Positions 9,191 to 19,061 of a DNA stretch of 64,000 nt are shown here, piece after piece; the first letter of the stretch is position 1, and the number at the start of each line of letters is the position of its first letter. This DNA is from Parcubacteria group bacterium GW2011_GWA2_40_23 (GTDB lineage: Bacteria; Patescibacteriota; Patescibacteriia; UBA11705; JABHMO01). The notes beneath the pieces are model-generated. The model was given only the letters and a program-made list of their open reading frames with translations. It had not been told where the DNA came from and searched no databases. Made by a program: the position numbers and the translations under genes. The stretch lies in NCBI GenBank assembly GCA_000996245.1, contig LBYP01000001.1, forward strand, positions 17,197 to 81,196. Direction: 5' to 3'.

Positions 9191-9823
9191 ATGAATGAAA
9201 AAATTTTACAAAAATATATTCAACTAATTAACGATGTCGATTCTTCTATCCGAGTCGCGTGCGATGGTTGGCCTGATACAACAGTTGTAAGTAGAGTTGT
9301 AACGGAGGCGATGAATTTAATAAAAAAAACCTGTGGCGAAGCGAGCGATCATTATATCCGTCTAAAAGAAATTACAAAAGGGGATAATTATCACCCCGAT
9401 AATGCAACTCAGTATAAAGGTGTCATAGAAGCTGCCTATAATGATTATAGGGATGGTTTCGCTAATCTTGATTTTTTTGTAAGAGCAGAAATTTTTGAGG
9501 ATTTTTTATCTATGGCTGAATATCTTCTTTCAGAAGGATATTATGTCCCAGCCGCATCTTTGGTTGGTGGTGTACTTGAAGATTTTTTGAGAAAATTGTG
9601 TGATAAAAACGTTGTTTCTTATCAGACGAAAACAAAGATTAATTCTCTGAATGTTGATTTGGCAAAAGCTGGTGTTTATACTGCTTTGGTCTCAAAAGAG
9701 ATTATTGCAAAGGCTGATATTAGGAATAATGCTGATCATGGTAAACCAAATGCATTTAACAAACAGGATGTTGAAGATATGGTAAAATGGGTTCGTAGGT
9801 TTATTGTCGATTTCTCACAATAA
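9191..9823 (+). CDS. Hypothetical protein embedded in the hsd operon
   Basis: 210 aa, no family recognised by eye. Tightly packed between the dinD-like gene and hsdS (gaps of 6 and 12 nt). Confidence 0.5.
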   Translation: MNEKILQKYIQLINDVDSSIRVACDGWPDTTVVSRVVTEAMNLIKKTCGEASDHYIRLKEITKGDNYHPDNATQYKGVIEAAYNDYRDGFANLDFFVRAEIFEDFLSMAEYLLSEGYYVPAASLVGGVLEDFLRKLCDKNVVSYQTKTKINSLNVDLAKAGVYTALVSKEIIAKADIRNNADHGKPNAFNKQDVEDMVKWVRRFIVDFSQ

Positions 9824-9835
9824 AATTTAAAAGAT

Positions 9836-10399
9836 ATGGACTGGCAAACAAAAAAACTTCGTGATGTTTGTGATGTAATTGCTGGCCAATCGCCAGAAGG
9901 TAAATTTTATAATAAGTCTGGAAATGGTGTACCCTTTTATCAGGGCAAAAAAGAATTTGGCGAAAAAATAGTTGGAAAACCAACAACTTGGACAACTAAA
10001 GTTACAAAGGAAGCATTGAGTGGCGATATTCTAATGTCGGTGAGAGCACCGGTTGGACCAACTAATTTTGCTACAGAAAAAATCTGTATCGGTCGTGGTC
10101 TTGCCGCAATTAGGGTTGGTAAAGATATCGATAAGTTTTTTCTATTTAATTTTTTGCAGTTATATGAAAGTAAAATAGTTGGTAATAAAGGTGCTGTGTT
10201 TGATTCAATTAGCAAAACACAGATAGAAAATATTGAGATATTATTGCCACCTCTACCCGAACAGAAATCCATCGTCGCCAAACTCGACGCTCTTTCCACT
10301 GAAACTAAAAAACTGGAAGCAATTTATAAACAAAAACTGGCGGATTTGGAAGAATTGAAAAAGTCAGTGTTGAAGAAGGCGTTTAGTGGGGTGTTATAA
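9836..10399 (+). CDS. hsdS: Type I R-M specificity subunit S, half-size (single target-recognition domain)
   Basis: 187 aa. TRD followed by the conserved C-terminal coiled-coil repeat (LPPLPEQKSIVAKLDALSTETKKLEAIYKQKLADLEELKKSVLKKAF). Confidence 0.7.
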   Translation: MDWQTKKLRDVCDVIAGQSPEGKFYNKSGNGVPFYQGKKEFGEKIVGKPTTWTTKVTKEALSGDILMSVRAPVGPTNFATEKICIGRGLAAIRVGKDIDKFFLFNFLQLYESKIVGNKGAVFDSISKTQIENIEILLPPLPEQKSIVAKLDALSTETKKLEAIYKQKLADLEELKKSVLKKAFSGVL

Positions 10400-10533
10400 T
10401 GCTGGTTCTTGATTTTCGAAAGAATGCTTTAAAGTTATAATTGTAAATCAGATCTTGTAGTTTACTGTTAATTATGTTAAAATTAGCAGTAAGTTAACAG
10501 AAGGGATAAAAATAATAAATTTAGCCAAATAAT

Positions 10534-11856
10534 ATGATTGAAAAACCTCCCAAATGGGAAGAACTATTATCAGGGGAGCTTATTAGGAAAGTTCATGATT
10601 CTAAGGAAACTCAAGAAATTTTGAGTAAGGCACAAAAGGAATATGTTTATTGGGATAAATTTAAGTATTATTTATTTCCTAAAAATGTAACACCCAAAGA
10701 GGCCTGGGCATTCTTAAAAATTTCAAGATCCTCAAATGAAAAAACTCCCATTAAGTCTATTACAGGGAGCACTTTTACTTATAATCTTCCAAAAAGTTTA
10801 TATCAAAAATTAAATTTTATTGACACTCACGGAGCGGGTTTGCTTAAGAGTTTTAAAGACAGACCTTCAAGTACACAGACAGTAAAATATATAATTAGCA
10901 GTTTGGCTGAAGAAGCTATCGCTTCTAGTCAAATTGAGGGCGCTAATACTACACATAAGGTGGCGAAAGAAATGATTTTATCTCAAAGAAAACCACGTAA
11001 CAGAAGTGAACAAATGATCGTAAATAACTATTTGGCTATGCAAAGGGTCTCCGAATGGAAAGACATGGATTTAACAGAACAAATGTTGCTTGATCTGCAA
11101 AAGACCATCACAGACCAAACAATTGATGAGCCTACTAGTGTTGGTAGGTTTAGGAATGATGAGGATCAAATAGTTGTAAGCGATCCAATAACAGGCGAGA
11201 TAGCGCATATTCCGTTTAAACGAGAAAAGATGTTGTCTGAATTAAAGAGGTTGATTGATTATGCTAATAAGCCGGAGGACGATGATGACTTTACTCATCC
11301 TGTTGTAAAAGCGACTATTTTGCATTTTTGGTTTGCCTATTTACACCCTTTTGTAGACGGTAACGGGAGATCCTCAAGAGCTCTTTTTTATTGGTATTTA
11401 TTAAAAAATAATTATTGGCTTATAGAGTATATTTCTGTTTCTAGAACAATTAAACAAAGTAGAAAAGCATATGACAATGCGTTCTTGTATAGCGAAAATG
11501 ATGATAATGACTTGACCTATTTTTTGCTTTATAATGCCGAGATATTCAAAAAATCAATTCTTCAATTTTTGGAATATTTTGCGGAAAAAATGAAAGAGGT
11601 TGATGAATCGAAGAAGACCACTTCGTTGTTGGGTATATTTAATTCCAGACAAGTTATGTTGCTTAAATATTTTCTTTCTCATATTGATGAATACACTGAC
11701 GTTATAACACATCAAAATAAGCACGGAATATCACGTCCTTCCGCTTATAATGATCTTAGCTTTTTGGTGGGAAAAGGATATCTTGCGAAGACAAGAAAAG
11801 GAAAGAGGTTAGTGTATATGCCAAATGCAACAAAAATTAAAGAAATATTTAATTAG
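10534..11856 (+). CDS. fic: Fic/DOC-family protein (AMPylation/filamentation induced by cAMP)
   Basis: 440 aa. Canonical Fic motif HPFVDGNGRSSR (HxFx(D/E)GNGRxxR) and a C-terminal winged-helix-like region. Confidence 0.8.
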   Translation: MIEKPPKWEELLSGELIRKVHDSKETQEILSKAQKEYVYWDKFKYYLFPKNVTPKEAWAFLKISRSSNEKTPIKSITGSTFTYNLPKSLYQKLNFIDTHGAGLLKSFKDRPSSTQTVKYIISSLAEEAIASSQIEGANTTHKVAKEMILSQRKPRNRSEQMIVNNYLAMQRVSEWKDMDLTEQMLLDLQKTITDQTIDEPTSVGRFRNDEDQIVVSDPITGEIAHIPFKREKMLSELKRLIDYANKPEDDDDFTHPVVKATILHFWFAYLHPFVDGNGRSSRALFYWYLLKNNYWLIEYISVSRTIKQSRKAYDNAFLYSENDDNDLTYFLLYNAEIFKKSILQFLEYFAEKMKEVDESKKTTSLLGIFNSRQVMLLKYFLSHIDEYTDVITHQNKHGISRPSAYNDLSFLVGKGYLAKTRKGKRLVYMPNATKIKEIFN

Positions 11857-11858
11857 TT

Positions 11859-14162
11859 ATGAATGAATCAGAAACTAGAGCTGAATATATTGACCCCAAA
11901 CTCAAAGCAAGTGGTTGGGGTGAAGTCGAAGGGTCAAAAGTTCTAAGAGAATTTAGAATTACCGATGGTCGTATCCAAACGGGCGGACTTCGAGGTAAAC
12001 CTGAAATTGCTGATTACATTTTAGTTTATAAAAATTGTAAGATTGGTGTAATTGAAGCCAAGGCTGAAAATTTAGAAGCAACTGAAGGTGCAGCACAAGC
12101 AAAATCTTATGCGCAAAAACTGCAAATAGATTATACCTATGCCACAAATGGCAAAGAGATTTATGAAATATCGATGGGTACGGGTAAAGAAAAAAGTATT
12201 GCTGATTTCCCGACACCTGATGAATTGTGGAATAAAACTTTTTCAAATCAAAATGAATGGAAAGAAAAATTTGCTAATCAACCAAACGAAGGCGAATATG
12301 GGAAACGTTATTATCAAGAAATTGCAATTAATAATGTGTTAAATGCTGTTGCAGAAGACAAAACAAGAATTCTTTTGACCATGGCCACTGGAACTGGGAA
12401 AACAGCGGTGGCATTCCAAATCGCCTGGAAACTTTTTCAAACTCGTTGGAGTTTAAACCCAGACGGTGGTCGACGGCCAAGAATTTTATTTTTAGCAGAT
12501 CGAAATATTTTAGCTGATCAAGCTTTTAATTCATTCTCAGCTTTCGATAAAGACGCACTTGTTCGCATAAATCCGTTAGATATTCGTAAAAAAGGCGCAG
12601 TTCCAAAAAGTGGAAGCGTCTTTTTCACTATTTTTCAAACTTTTATGAGTGGCCCTGATGGGACGCCTTATTTTGGGGATTACCCAGCAGATTTTTTTGA
12701 TTTTATAGTTATTGATGAGTGCCATAGAGGTGGAGCTAACGACGAAAGTAATTGGCGCGGAATATTAGAATATTTCTTTCCAGCCGTACAACTTGGTTTA
12801 ACAGCTACGCCAAAGCGCAAAGATAACGTCGATACATATAAATATTTTGGCGAACCTGTATATACATATTCGCTTAAGGAAGGTGTTAATGATGGTTTTT
12901 TGACTCCATTTAAGGTTAAAAGAATTCAAACTACCTTAGATGATTATGTTTATACTTCGGATGATCAAATAATTGAAGGAGAAGTTGAGGTTGGTAAAGT
13001 TTATACGGAACCAGAGTTCAATAGAACTATTGTAATTGAACAACGAGAAGCAAAACGTGTAAAAGTATTTCTTGATGACATTAATCAAAACGAGAAGTCA
13101 ATCATTTTCTGTGCAACTCAGGGACACGCTCTTTTGATTCGTGATTTAATAAATCAAATGAAAAACAGTAAAGATCCTAATTACTGTGTACGAGTAACAG
13201 CAAATGACGGCGCACGAGGAGATCAATTTTTGAGAGAATTCCAAGATAATGAAAAGACCATCCCAACGATTTTAACTACATCACAAAAACTTTCAACAGG
13301 TGTTGATGCACGCAACATTCGTAATATAGTATTAATGCGTCCAGTAAACTCGATGATTGAATTCAAACAAATTATTGGGCGAGGGACTAGACTTTTTGAT
13401 GGGAAAGAATATTTTACCATCTATGATTTCGTTGATGCATATAAGCATTTTTCTGATCCAGAATGGGATGGTGAACCTGTAGATGAGTCTACCGAGAGAG
13501 AACCGAAGATCAAAAAATTGAAAGCTGTAGTGGAAACATTACCACAGCCTGAACCAATATATGAACCAATGGAAAAGTTGAAAATAAAGTTGCGTGATGG
13601 TAAGGAGCGAGAAATTAAACATATGATTTCTACTTCATTTTGGAGTGCCGACGGGAAACCAATATCCATCCAGGAATTTATGGATAACATGTTTGGTGCT
13701 ATGCCTGAGTTCTTTAAGAGTGAAGAAGAATTACGGAAAATTTGGTCGAATCCAACTACACGTAAAGTGTTTTTAGATAAAATTGCTGAAAAAGGCTATG
13801 GCAAGGATGAATTAGAGACTTTGCAAAAAATGGTTGATGCTGAACAAAGCGATTTATTTGACGTTCTAACTTATATTTCATTTTTAACACAACCTATTTC
13901 AAGAGTGGAAAGAGTTGAACAAACAAAAGATAAAATTTTCAAAGGACTTGATGCAAAACAAAAGGAATTTTTAGATTTCGTTTTGACAAAATATGAAGAG
14001 AAAGGTGTTGAAGAATTAGATGAGGACAAGTTGCCCATACTGTTAAATTTAAAATATCATGCCATAGCTGATGCTGAACAATTGCTCGGAAGCGTCGATG
14101 ACATCCGATCAATTTTCTTCAATTTTCAGAAGAATTTATATGCTAAACTAAGTAATAAATAA
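11859..14162 (+). CDS. hsdR: Type I restriction enzyme R subunit (helicase/endonuclease)
   Basis: 767 aa. N-terminal nuclease region, Walker A TMATGTGKT, DEAD-like VIDECHRG, helicase C motifs (QIIGRGTR). Confidence 0.85.
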   Translation: MNESETRAEYIDPKLKASGWGEVEGSKVLREFRITDGRIQTGGLRGKPEIADYILVYKNCKIGVIEAKAENLEATEGAAQAKSYAQKLQIDYTYATNGKEIYEISMGTGKEKSIADFPTPDELWNKTFSNQNEWKEKFANQPNEGEYGKRYYQEIAINNVLNAVAEDKTRILLTMATGTGKTAVAFQIAWKLFQTRWSLNPDGGRRPRILFLADRNILADQAFNSFSAFDKDALVRINPLDIRKKGAVPKSGSVFFTIFQTFMSGPDGTPYFGDYPADFFDFIVIDECHRGGANDESNWRGILEYFFPAVQLGLTATPKRKDNVDTYKYFGEPVYTYSLKEGVNDGFLTPFKVKRIQTTLDDYVYTSDDQIIEGEVEVGKVYTEPEFNRTIVIEQREAKRVKVFLDDINQNEKSIIFCATQGHALLIRDLINQMKNSKDPNYCVRVTANDGARGDQFLREFQDNEKTIPTILTTSQKLSTGVDARNIRNIVLMRPVNSMIEFKQIIGRGTRLFDGKEYFTIYDFVDAYKHFSDPEWDGEPVDESTEREPKIKKLKAVVETLPQPEPIYEPMEKLKIKLRDGKEREIKHMISTSFWSADGKPISIQEFMDNMFGAMPEFFKSEEELRKIWSNPTTRKVFLDKIAEKGYGKDELETLQKMVDAEQSDLFDVLTYISFLTQPISRVERVEQTKDKIFKGLDAKQKEFLDFVLTKYEEKGVEELDEDKLPILLNLKYHAIADAEQLLGSVDDIRSIFFNFQKNLYAKLSNK

Positions 14163-14202
14163 TGTCTGATTAAATTGGTTCACTTAAAAGGAGTAAATTT
14201 TT

Positions 14203-14931
14203 ATGTCGCCTAAATACAACTTAGACAAAATTAAACATGCCACTGATGCACCTACCTTCCAAAAGGCGATTGGTTTGTATGAGGGTGGCAAAGTCATAAA
14301 CTTTCATGAGGATTTTGGTCGTTTTAGTGCGACAGTTTTAGGCACAGAACCGTATATGGTTTATGTTGATGGCAATCATTATGGTCAAGGTGCTTGTGAT
14401 TGTTATCTGGGGCAAAACGATACTCTTTGTAAACACATGGTGGCAGTAGCAATTTACGCTGTTTTGAATGGTCAGGAGTTGAGTTCTACGGATAAAAATA
14501 TAATTACAGAACTTGTTTGTAGTGCTAAGTCGGGAGCATTAAACAAAGAAGATTTAGCGGTGGTTAAAAAAAATATCACTTCTTCTATTAAGTATATTAA
14601 AGCTTATGTCGGTCCGTCGAGGACTTGGTTTGCCTATCAAAACTCCTTGGATGAGGGGTGCTCCCGTTTGTCAGAGATTGTGTGCAGTCTGCCCATTAGT
14701 CTGCAAACTGCAAAATTAATTGTTAATTTGCTTTTACGTCTTGATAAGAAGTTATGCCAGGGTGGAGTTGATGATTCCAACGGTACCGTTGGTGGATTTA
14801 TAGAAGAACTTGTTAAAGTCCTGGAAGACTTTGTAAAAGCTGATGCTTCTTGTTTAGCATCTTTTAATGAATTAAAAAACAGGGAAACATGTTTTGGCTG
14901 GGAAGAGCCTCTTCTTAAATTACTTATCTAG
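14203..14931 (+). CDS. SWIM zinc-finger domain protein
   Basis: 242 aa. CDCYLGQNDTLCKHMVAV has the CxC-x(n)-CxH SWIM pattern. SD AAAGGAG lies upstream. Confidence 0.6.
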   Translation: MSPKYNLDKIKHATDAPTFQKAIGLYEGGKVINFHEDFGRFSATVLGTEPYMVYVDGNHYGQGACDCYLGQNDTLCKHMVAVAIYAVLNGQELSSTDKNIITELVCSAKSGALNKEDLAVVKKNITSSIKYIKAYVGPSRTWFAYQNSLDEGCSRLSEIVCSLPISLQTAKLIVNLLLRLDKKLCQGGVDDSNGTVGGFIEELVKVLEDFVKADASCLASFNELKNRETCFGWEEPLLKLLI

Positions 14932-15028
14932 TTTTTGTGTTTTATGCTCCCTGTTCTATCACGAATCAGGAATTTTGTTTTCTTGTTCTCGAATGCTACG
15001 ATATCATTATAAAACCTAAAAATAAATT

Positions 15029-16675
15029 ATGTTAAAACGTTTTGCGTTCGTGATGATTTTGGCTTTCCTTTTATTACCGCAAATTACTTTGGCCGATGGT
15101 GCTGCTTTTATTCCTGGCCCATACGATGATCGTTGGGATTATAATCAGGAATCCACTCAGTCGGCCATCATTGATTTTAAAAATGGCACGCAAAAAATGC
15201 TTTTGAATGTAGGTTTTGAATCTGCTGAAGTCGACACAGTTTGGCTTTTCCCGGTGCCAGCTCAACCAGAAAAAATAATTATTGATGTAGTCGAAGATGT
15301 TCCAAATCTTCGTGGAGAAGAACTAGGTGATAGTGCCAAATCACAGCTGGATATTTCTAGACGTGGTTTGTTGGCCTTACAAGTGTATGCTATTCCTTTT
15401 GCGTTAAGTCATAGATATTCTGGTTCTGGTGGAACAGGCGTGTCTTTGGGTGGTGCTGGTTTTGGTGCGTCAGATGGCAAGTCCGCAGATGTTCTTGTCT
15501 ATGAAACCATTGAAAAAGAGGGCATTACGTCACAAATAATTACCGCCAAGACTTCTGTTGGACTTTTTAAATATTTAAGAGAAAAGAATCTGAATATTAA
15601 GGGTGGCAGTATTCCTGCACTGGACGAATATGTTGGTAAAGATTTTTCTTTTGTGGTTTCTTGGATTTCAACACAAAATAAGCCGGATAAGAGTCGCCAA
15701 GAGGTAGAAGATAAACTTTTACGCTTTTCTAATAATTATTTTCAAGAGTCTAATGGTATTAAAAAAGATTTTTTGAAAGGAATTCAAACGCAATTTCCTG
15801 ATAATTATCTTGCTTATACGTCAGCCGTTTATCAGGGATCGCATGTCGGAGGTGATTATCTAATTATAAATACTGAGTTTAAGAACAAGTTGGTGGATTT
15901 GTTACTGCAATCGCCAGAATTACTAATAGAAGATACGTATTATGATTATAGGGGGGCTGAGAGTAAGGTCCGTGGCGTTTTCGTTAGTTTCCCTACGGAA
16001 AAAGCTTTTTATCCATTAAAGTTGACGAGTGTCTATGGCAGTGAAATTATTCCTACTGATATTCGTCTTGTTGGGTATGTGGAACCGCAAACTTATAAGG
16101 ATATTGCCCCGTATGTTGAGACAAGTTATTATTTTGAGTCTGATTATTATGATACTTATGGTACTCCTAAGAATTTGTTTGGGTGGGAAAATAATCAGTC
16201 GATACGTTATACAAAAGTTACTTTGAAGGCACCATCTAAATTATTTACACAAGATCTTTGGTTTACCCCGAATAATAGTATCAAGTTGTCTGTTCTTGAA
16301 TTGCTTGGTCGATCTTTCTTTTTCACTTTTATACCGTTATTTCTGATTTGTTCATTTTTAGCTGGTATCTTTGCTGCTTGGATTGCGTTTTGGGGAAGAT
16401 TGGAATCTCGTCGTAAACTATGGAGGTATGGTTTATTAAGTTGGTTTAATTTTTTTAGTATATTTGCAGTCATGTTAGTTGTTTTCTTCTCGAGAACAAG
16501 AAGTTTAGACGAAGCACATAAGGCAACTCTAGTTGGATTAAAGTCCCAGGGTTTATCAACCTGGGCTATTCATTCAAAGGACTATGGTCGAAAATTGTTG
16601 TTCGTGATATTGTTCTCTTTGACTTATGTCGCCCTGGTTTTATTCTTTTGCTGGATTTTGCGTGTAATTCTGTAA
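15029..16675 (+). CDS. Secreted/membrane-anchored hypothetical protein
   Basis: 548 aa. N-terminal signal peptide (MLKRFAFVMILAFLLLPQITLA), a large extracytoplasmic domain with a Gly-rich loop, and three C-terminal TM helices. Confidence 0.55.
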   Translation: MLKRFAFVMILAFLLLPQITLADGAAFIPGPYDDRWDYNQESTQSAIIDFKNGTQKMLLNVGFESAEVDTVWLFPVPAQPEKIIIDVVEDVPNLRGEELGDSAKSQLDISRRGLLALQVYAIPFALSHRYSGSGGTGVSLGGAGFGASDGKSADVLVYETIEKEGITSQIITAKTSVGLFKYLREKNLNIKGGSIPALDEYVGKDFSFVVSWISTQNKPDKSRQEVEDKLLRFSNNYFQESNGIKKDFLKGIQTQFPDNYLAYTSAVYQGSHVGGDYLIINTEFKNKLVDLLLQSPELLIEDTYYDYRGAESKVRGVFVSFPTEKAFYPLKLTSVYGSEIIPTDIRLVGYVEPQTYKDIAPYVETSYYFESDYYDTYGTPKNLFGWENNQSIRYTKVTLKAPSKLFTQDLWFTPNNSIKLSVLELLGRSFFFTFIPLFLICSFLAGIFAAWIAFWGRLESRRKLWRYGLLSWFNFFSIFAVMLVVFFSRTRSLDEAHKATLVGLKSQGLSTWAIHSKDYGRKLLFVILFSLTYVALVLFFCWILRVIL

Positions 16676-16715
16676 TCATTTAATCATGGTAATCATTTAA
16701 TCATAGAAATCATAG

Positions 16716-16890
16716 TAATGGTGCTGTGTCTGAGCTAAATCACAGTCATCATAAAAATCATAGTTAATCATAGTAATGGTGCTGTGTCGAGCTAAATCAC
16801 AGTCATCATAAAAATCATAGTTAATCATAGTAATGGTGCTGTGTCTGAGCTAAATCACAGTCATCACAAAAATCATAGTTAATCATAGTA
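16716..16890. repeat. Tandem repeat, about 58 bp unit x 3 (GTAATGGTGCTGTGTCTGAGCTAAATCACAGTCATCATAAAAATCATAGTTAATCATA)
   Basis: Seen directly: three near-identical copies, preceded by degenerate AATCAT repeats from 16672. It abuts the start of the phosphoesterase gene at 16894. Confidence 0.75.
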
Positions 16891-16893
16891 AGT

Positions 16894-17595
16894 ATGGTCA
16901 GAAAGTATAACAATGTCTTTGTAACTGGCGACACGCATTTGGGCGATGTTGTTTTTAATTATGAGGACAAGCTTGTTGATGCCATAAAACAAGATAATTT
17001 TGATGCCATTATCTTCGGCGGAGATACTTTTGATTCTTGGCGTGGAGGCTCTATTAAAGATATTCTTGCTAAGTACGATCAGTTGTTTAAGTTTTTACAA
17101 AAATTGAAAAGTAAGGTCGTATTTATCAGAGGGAACCATGATCCGCATATCGATGTGTTGAAAAGATTGGGGTTCTCAGTACGTAAACGATTTAAATATA
17201 TTGGATCATTAGGTGAGCGTGTTAAGGTTGTTCATGGGCATGAGTTTGATGATACTTGTAAGCGTTGGGAGTTTTTTATCAAGAGAATTGCTTATATTGA
17301 GAATAAAATTAATCAATGTCTCACAAAAGTAGACAATGAAACTTTTATTCGTTTTATGAATTTGATTAAACTTAACAAAATTGATTTACAAAGAGTTTTG
17401 AGTAGTTTCCGCGAGCGAGTTAATAATTATCGTAATACCGACGCCTTCCTCTTTGGACACACTCATTTGCCTATGACAGAGGAGCTGGGGAAGGTGAAGT
17501 TTTACAATTGGGGTGGCTGGCAAAAGGATTTTGGATCAAACCCACATTTCATTATCCACAAAGACGGTAAGTTTAGTAATATTGATATAAAATAA
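16894..17595 (+). CDS. Calcineurin-like metallophosphoesterase
   Basis: 233 aa with motifs GDTHLG, GGDTFD, GNHD, HGH, GHTH. Confidence 0.75.
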   Translation: MVRKYNNVFVTGDTHLGDVVFNYEDKLVDAIKQDNFDAIIFGGDTFDSWRGGSIKDILAKYDQLFKFLQKLKSKVVFIRGNHDPHIDVLKRLGFSVRKRFKYIGSLGERVKVVHGHEFDDTCKRWEFFIKRIAYIENKINQCLTKVDNETFIRFMNLIKLNKIDLQRVLSSFRERVNNYRNTDAFLFGHTHLPMTEELGKVKFYNWGGWQKDFGSNPHFIIHKDGKFSNIDIK

Positions 17596-17630
17596 AAATT
17601 CCGTGGCTTATTGGCCGACGGGATTTTTTA
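17594..17630. terminator. Bidirectional rho-independent terminator between convergent genes
   Basis: AAAAATTCCGTGGC-ttattg-GCCGACGGGAT-TTTTTT: an A-run, a bulged stem-loop, then a T-run. Confidence 0.5.
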
Positions 17631-17646
17631 TTCTGTCTACAACGTC

Positions 17647-17820
17647 TTATTTAGTCTTTGCCAAAGTTTTTATGCAACGTGTGCAGGCCTTTGTTCTCTT
17701 GCCATCAATAGTTTTGATTTGAAGATTTGGATATTGTCTTGCTTTGGTGGCAATACGAGAATGACTGCGTGTGGTTGTTGCTTTTGGACCTTTACCGCAA
17801 ATTTCGCAAATTCTTGACAT
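17647..17820 (-). CDS. rpmB: 50S ribosomal protein L28
   Basis: MSRICEICGKGPKATTTRSHSRIATKARQYPNLQ... is a typical L28 N-terminus. The ORF-track start at 17859 is probably an N-terminal over-extension. Confidence 0.8.
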   Translation of the reverse strand: MSRICEICGKGPKATTTRSHSRIATKARQYPNLQIKTIDGKRTKACTRCIKTLAKTK

Positions 17821-17883
17821 ATAATAGGTTAATATCTTTAGATGGTCATATACTAACATGTATGATATAATTTATCAAGTTTT

Positions 17884-18525
17884 ATGATATTAATGAATTT
17901 TTTCGACAATCCCATTATTATCATCCCTTGGCTAGCCGCTATTATTATTGCTTTAACGGTGCACGAATTTTCTCATGCATTGGCAGCGACATTATTGGGC
18001 GATTCAACAGCCAAGGATGAAGGTCGGTTGACTCTAAACCCTCTGGCACATGTCAGTTGGATCGGTTTTTTTATGCTGTTGCTTGTTGGTTTCGGTTGGG
18101 GAAAACCAGTCCCGTTTAACCCCTATAACCTCAAATATCAGCGTTTTGGGCCAGCTTTAGTTGCTGTTGCTGGACCATTTTCTAACCTAATTTTAGCTAT
18201 TATTTCTGGTGTTGCCCTTAAATTAGTTGTTATTTCAGGTTTTGTTTCAGTAAATAATCTTCTTTTTCAGTTTTTATTCACTTTGATTTCGTTAAACATT
18301 GTTTTACTATTATTCAATTTGTTACCTTTTCCTCCTTTAGACGGCTCAAAGATCCTTTTTGCCTTTTTATCTGGACCAAAATATTACGCATTTAGACAAT
18401 TGTTAGAAACTCAAGGACCATTCTTTTTGATGTTATTGCTAATTTTCGACAATTTTTTGAATATTAACATTTTTGGCTCTATTTTTTCAGTTGTGATCAA
18501 TTTCGTTTACAGTATTTTGCTTTAA
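17884..18525 (+). CDS. Membrane zinc metalloprotease, M50 (site-2 protease) family
   Basis: 213 aa multi-pass protein. HExxH within TM1 (LTVHEFSHALAA), and a later LLPFPPLDGSKIL motif typical of M50/SpoIVFB-like proteases. Confidence 0.65.
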   Translation: MILMNFFDNPIIIIPWLAAIIIALTVHEFSHALAATLLGDSTAKDEGRLTLNPLAHVSWIGFFMLLLVGFGWGKPVPFNPYNLKYQRFGPALVAVAGPFSNLILAIISGVALKLVVISGFVSVNNLLFQFLFTLISLNIVLLLFNLLPFPPLDGSKILFAFLSGPKYYAFRQLLETQGPFFLMLLLIFDNFLNINIFGSIFSVVINFVYSILL

Positions 18526-18544
18526 AATCTTCAGGATCAGCTTC

Positions 18545-18573
18545 TTGACGTATATTATTTCATGTGCTATCCT
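18545..18573 (+). promoter_or_regulatory. Candidate sigma70-type promoter of the str operon (TTGACG-17-TATCCT with upstream TG)
   Basis: Seen directly, about 60 nt upstream of rpsL. Confidence 0.4.
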
Positions 18574-18630
18574 GTGGTTAATTATTATAGCCTAAATTAA
18601 GCTAATTTTTATTTTCCGAGAACATAATTT

Positions 18631-19050
18631 ATGCCAACAACTAATCAATTGATTCGAAAAGGACGCCAAAGCACAAGCAAAAAGACAAAGTCTCCTGCCA
18701 TGCAAACTGTTTTGAATACAATCAAGAGAACTCGCAATACGCTACCAAAAGGTGCTGCTTTTAAGCGTGGTGTTTGTGTTAAAGTAACTACAACAACACC
18801 AAAGAAACCTAACTCAGCTCTCCGAAAAATTGCTCGTGTTCGTTTATCAAATGGACAAGAAGTTACCGCCTATATTCCGGGAGAAGGACATAATTTACAA
18901 GAACACTCAATCGTCATGATCCGTGGTGGACGTGTGTCAGATTTACCAGGTGTTCGTTATCATATTGTACGTGGTGTTTACGATACCCATGGAGTAGAGG
19001 GAAGAAAGAATTCTCGTTCACTTTATGGCGCTAAGAAAGCTACTAAATAA
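18631..19050 (+). CDS. rpsL: 30S ribosomal protein S12
   Basis: [13 protein letters not shown]... with the conserved [10 protein letters not shown]. Confidence 0.95.
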   Translation: MPTTNQLIRKGRQSTSKKTKSPAMQTVLNTIKRTRNTLPKGAAFKRGVCVKVTTTTPKKPNSALRKIARVRLSNGQEVTAYIPGEGHNLQEHSIVMIRGGRVSDLPGVRYHIVRGVYDTHGVEGRKNSRSLYGAKKATK

Positions 19051-19061
19051 TTGAATCGCTT

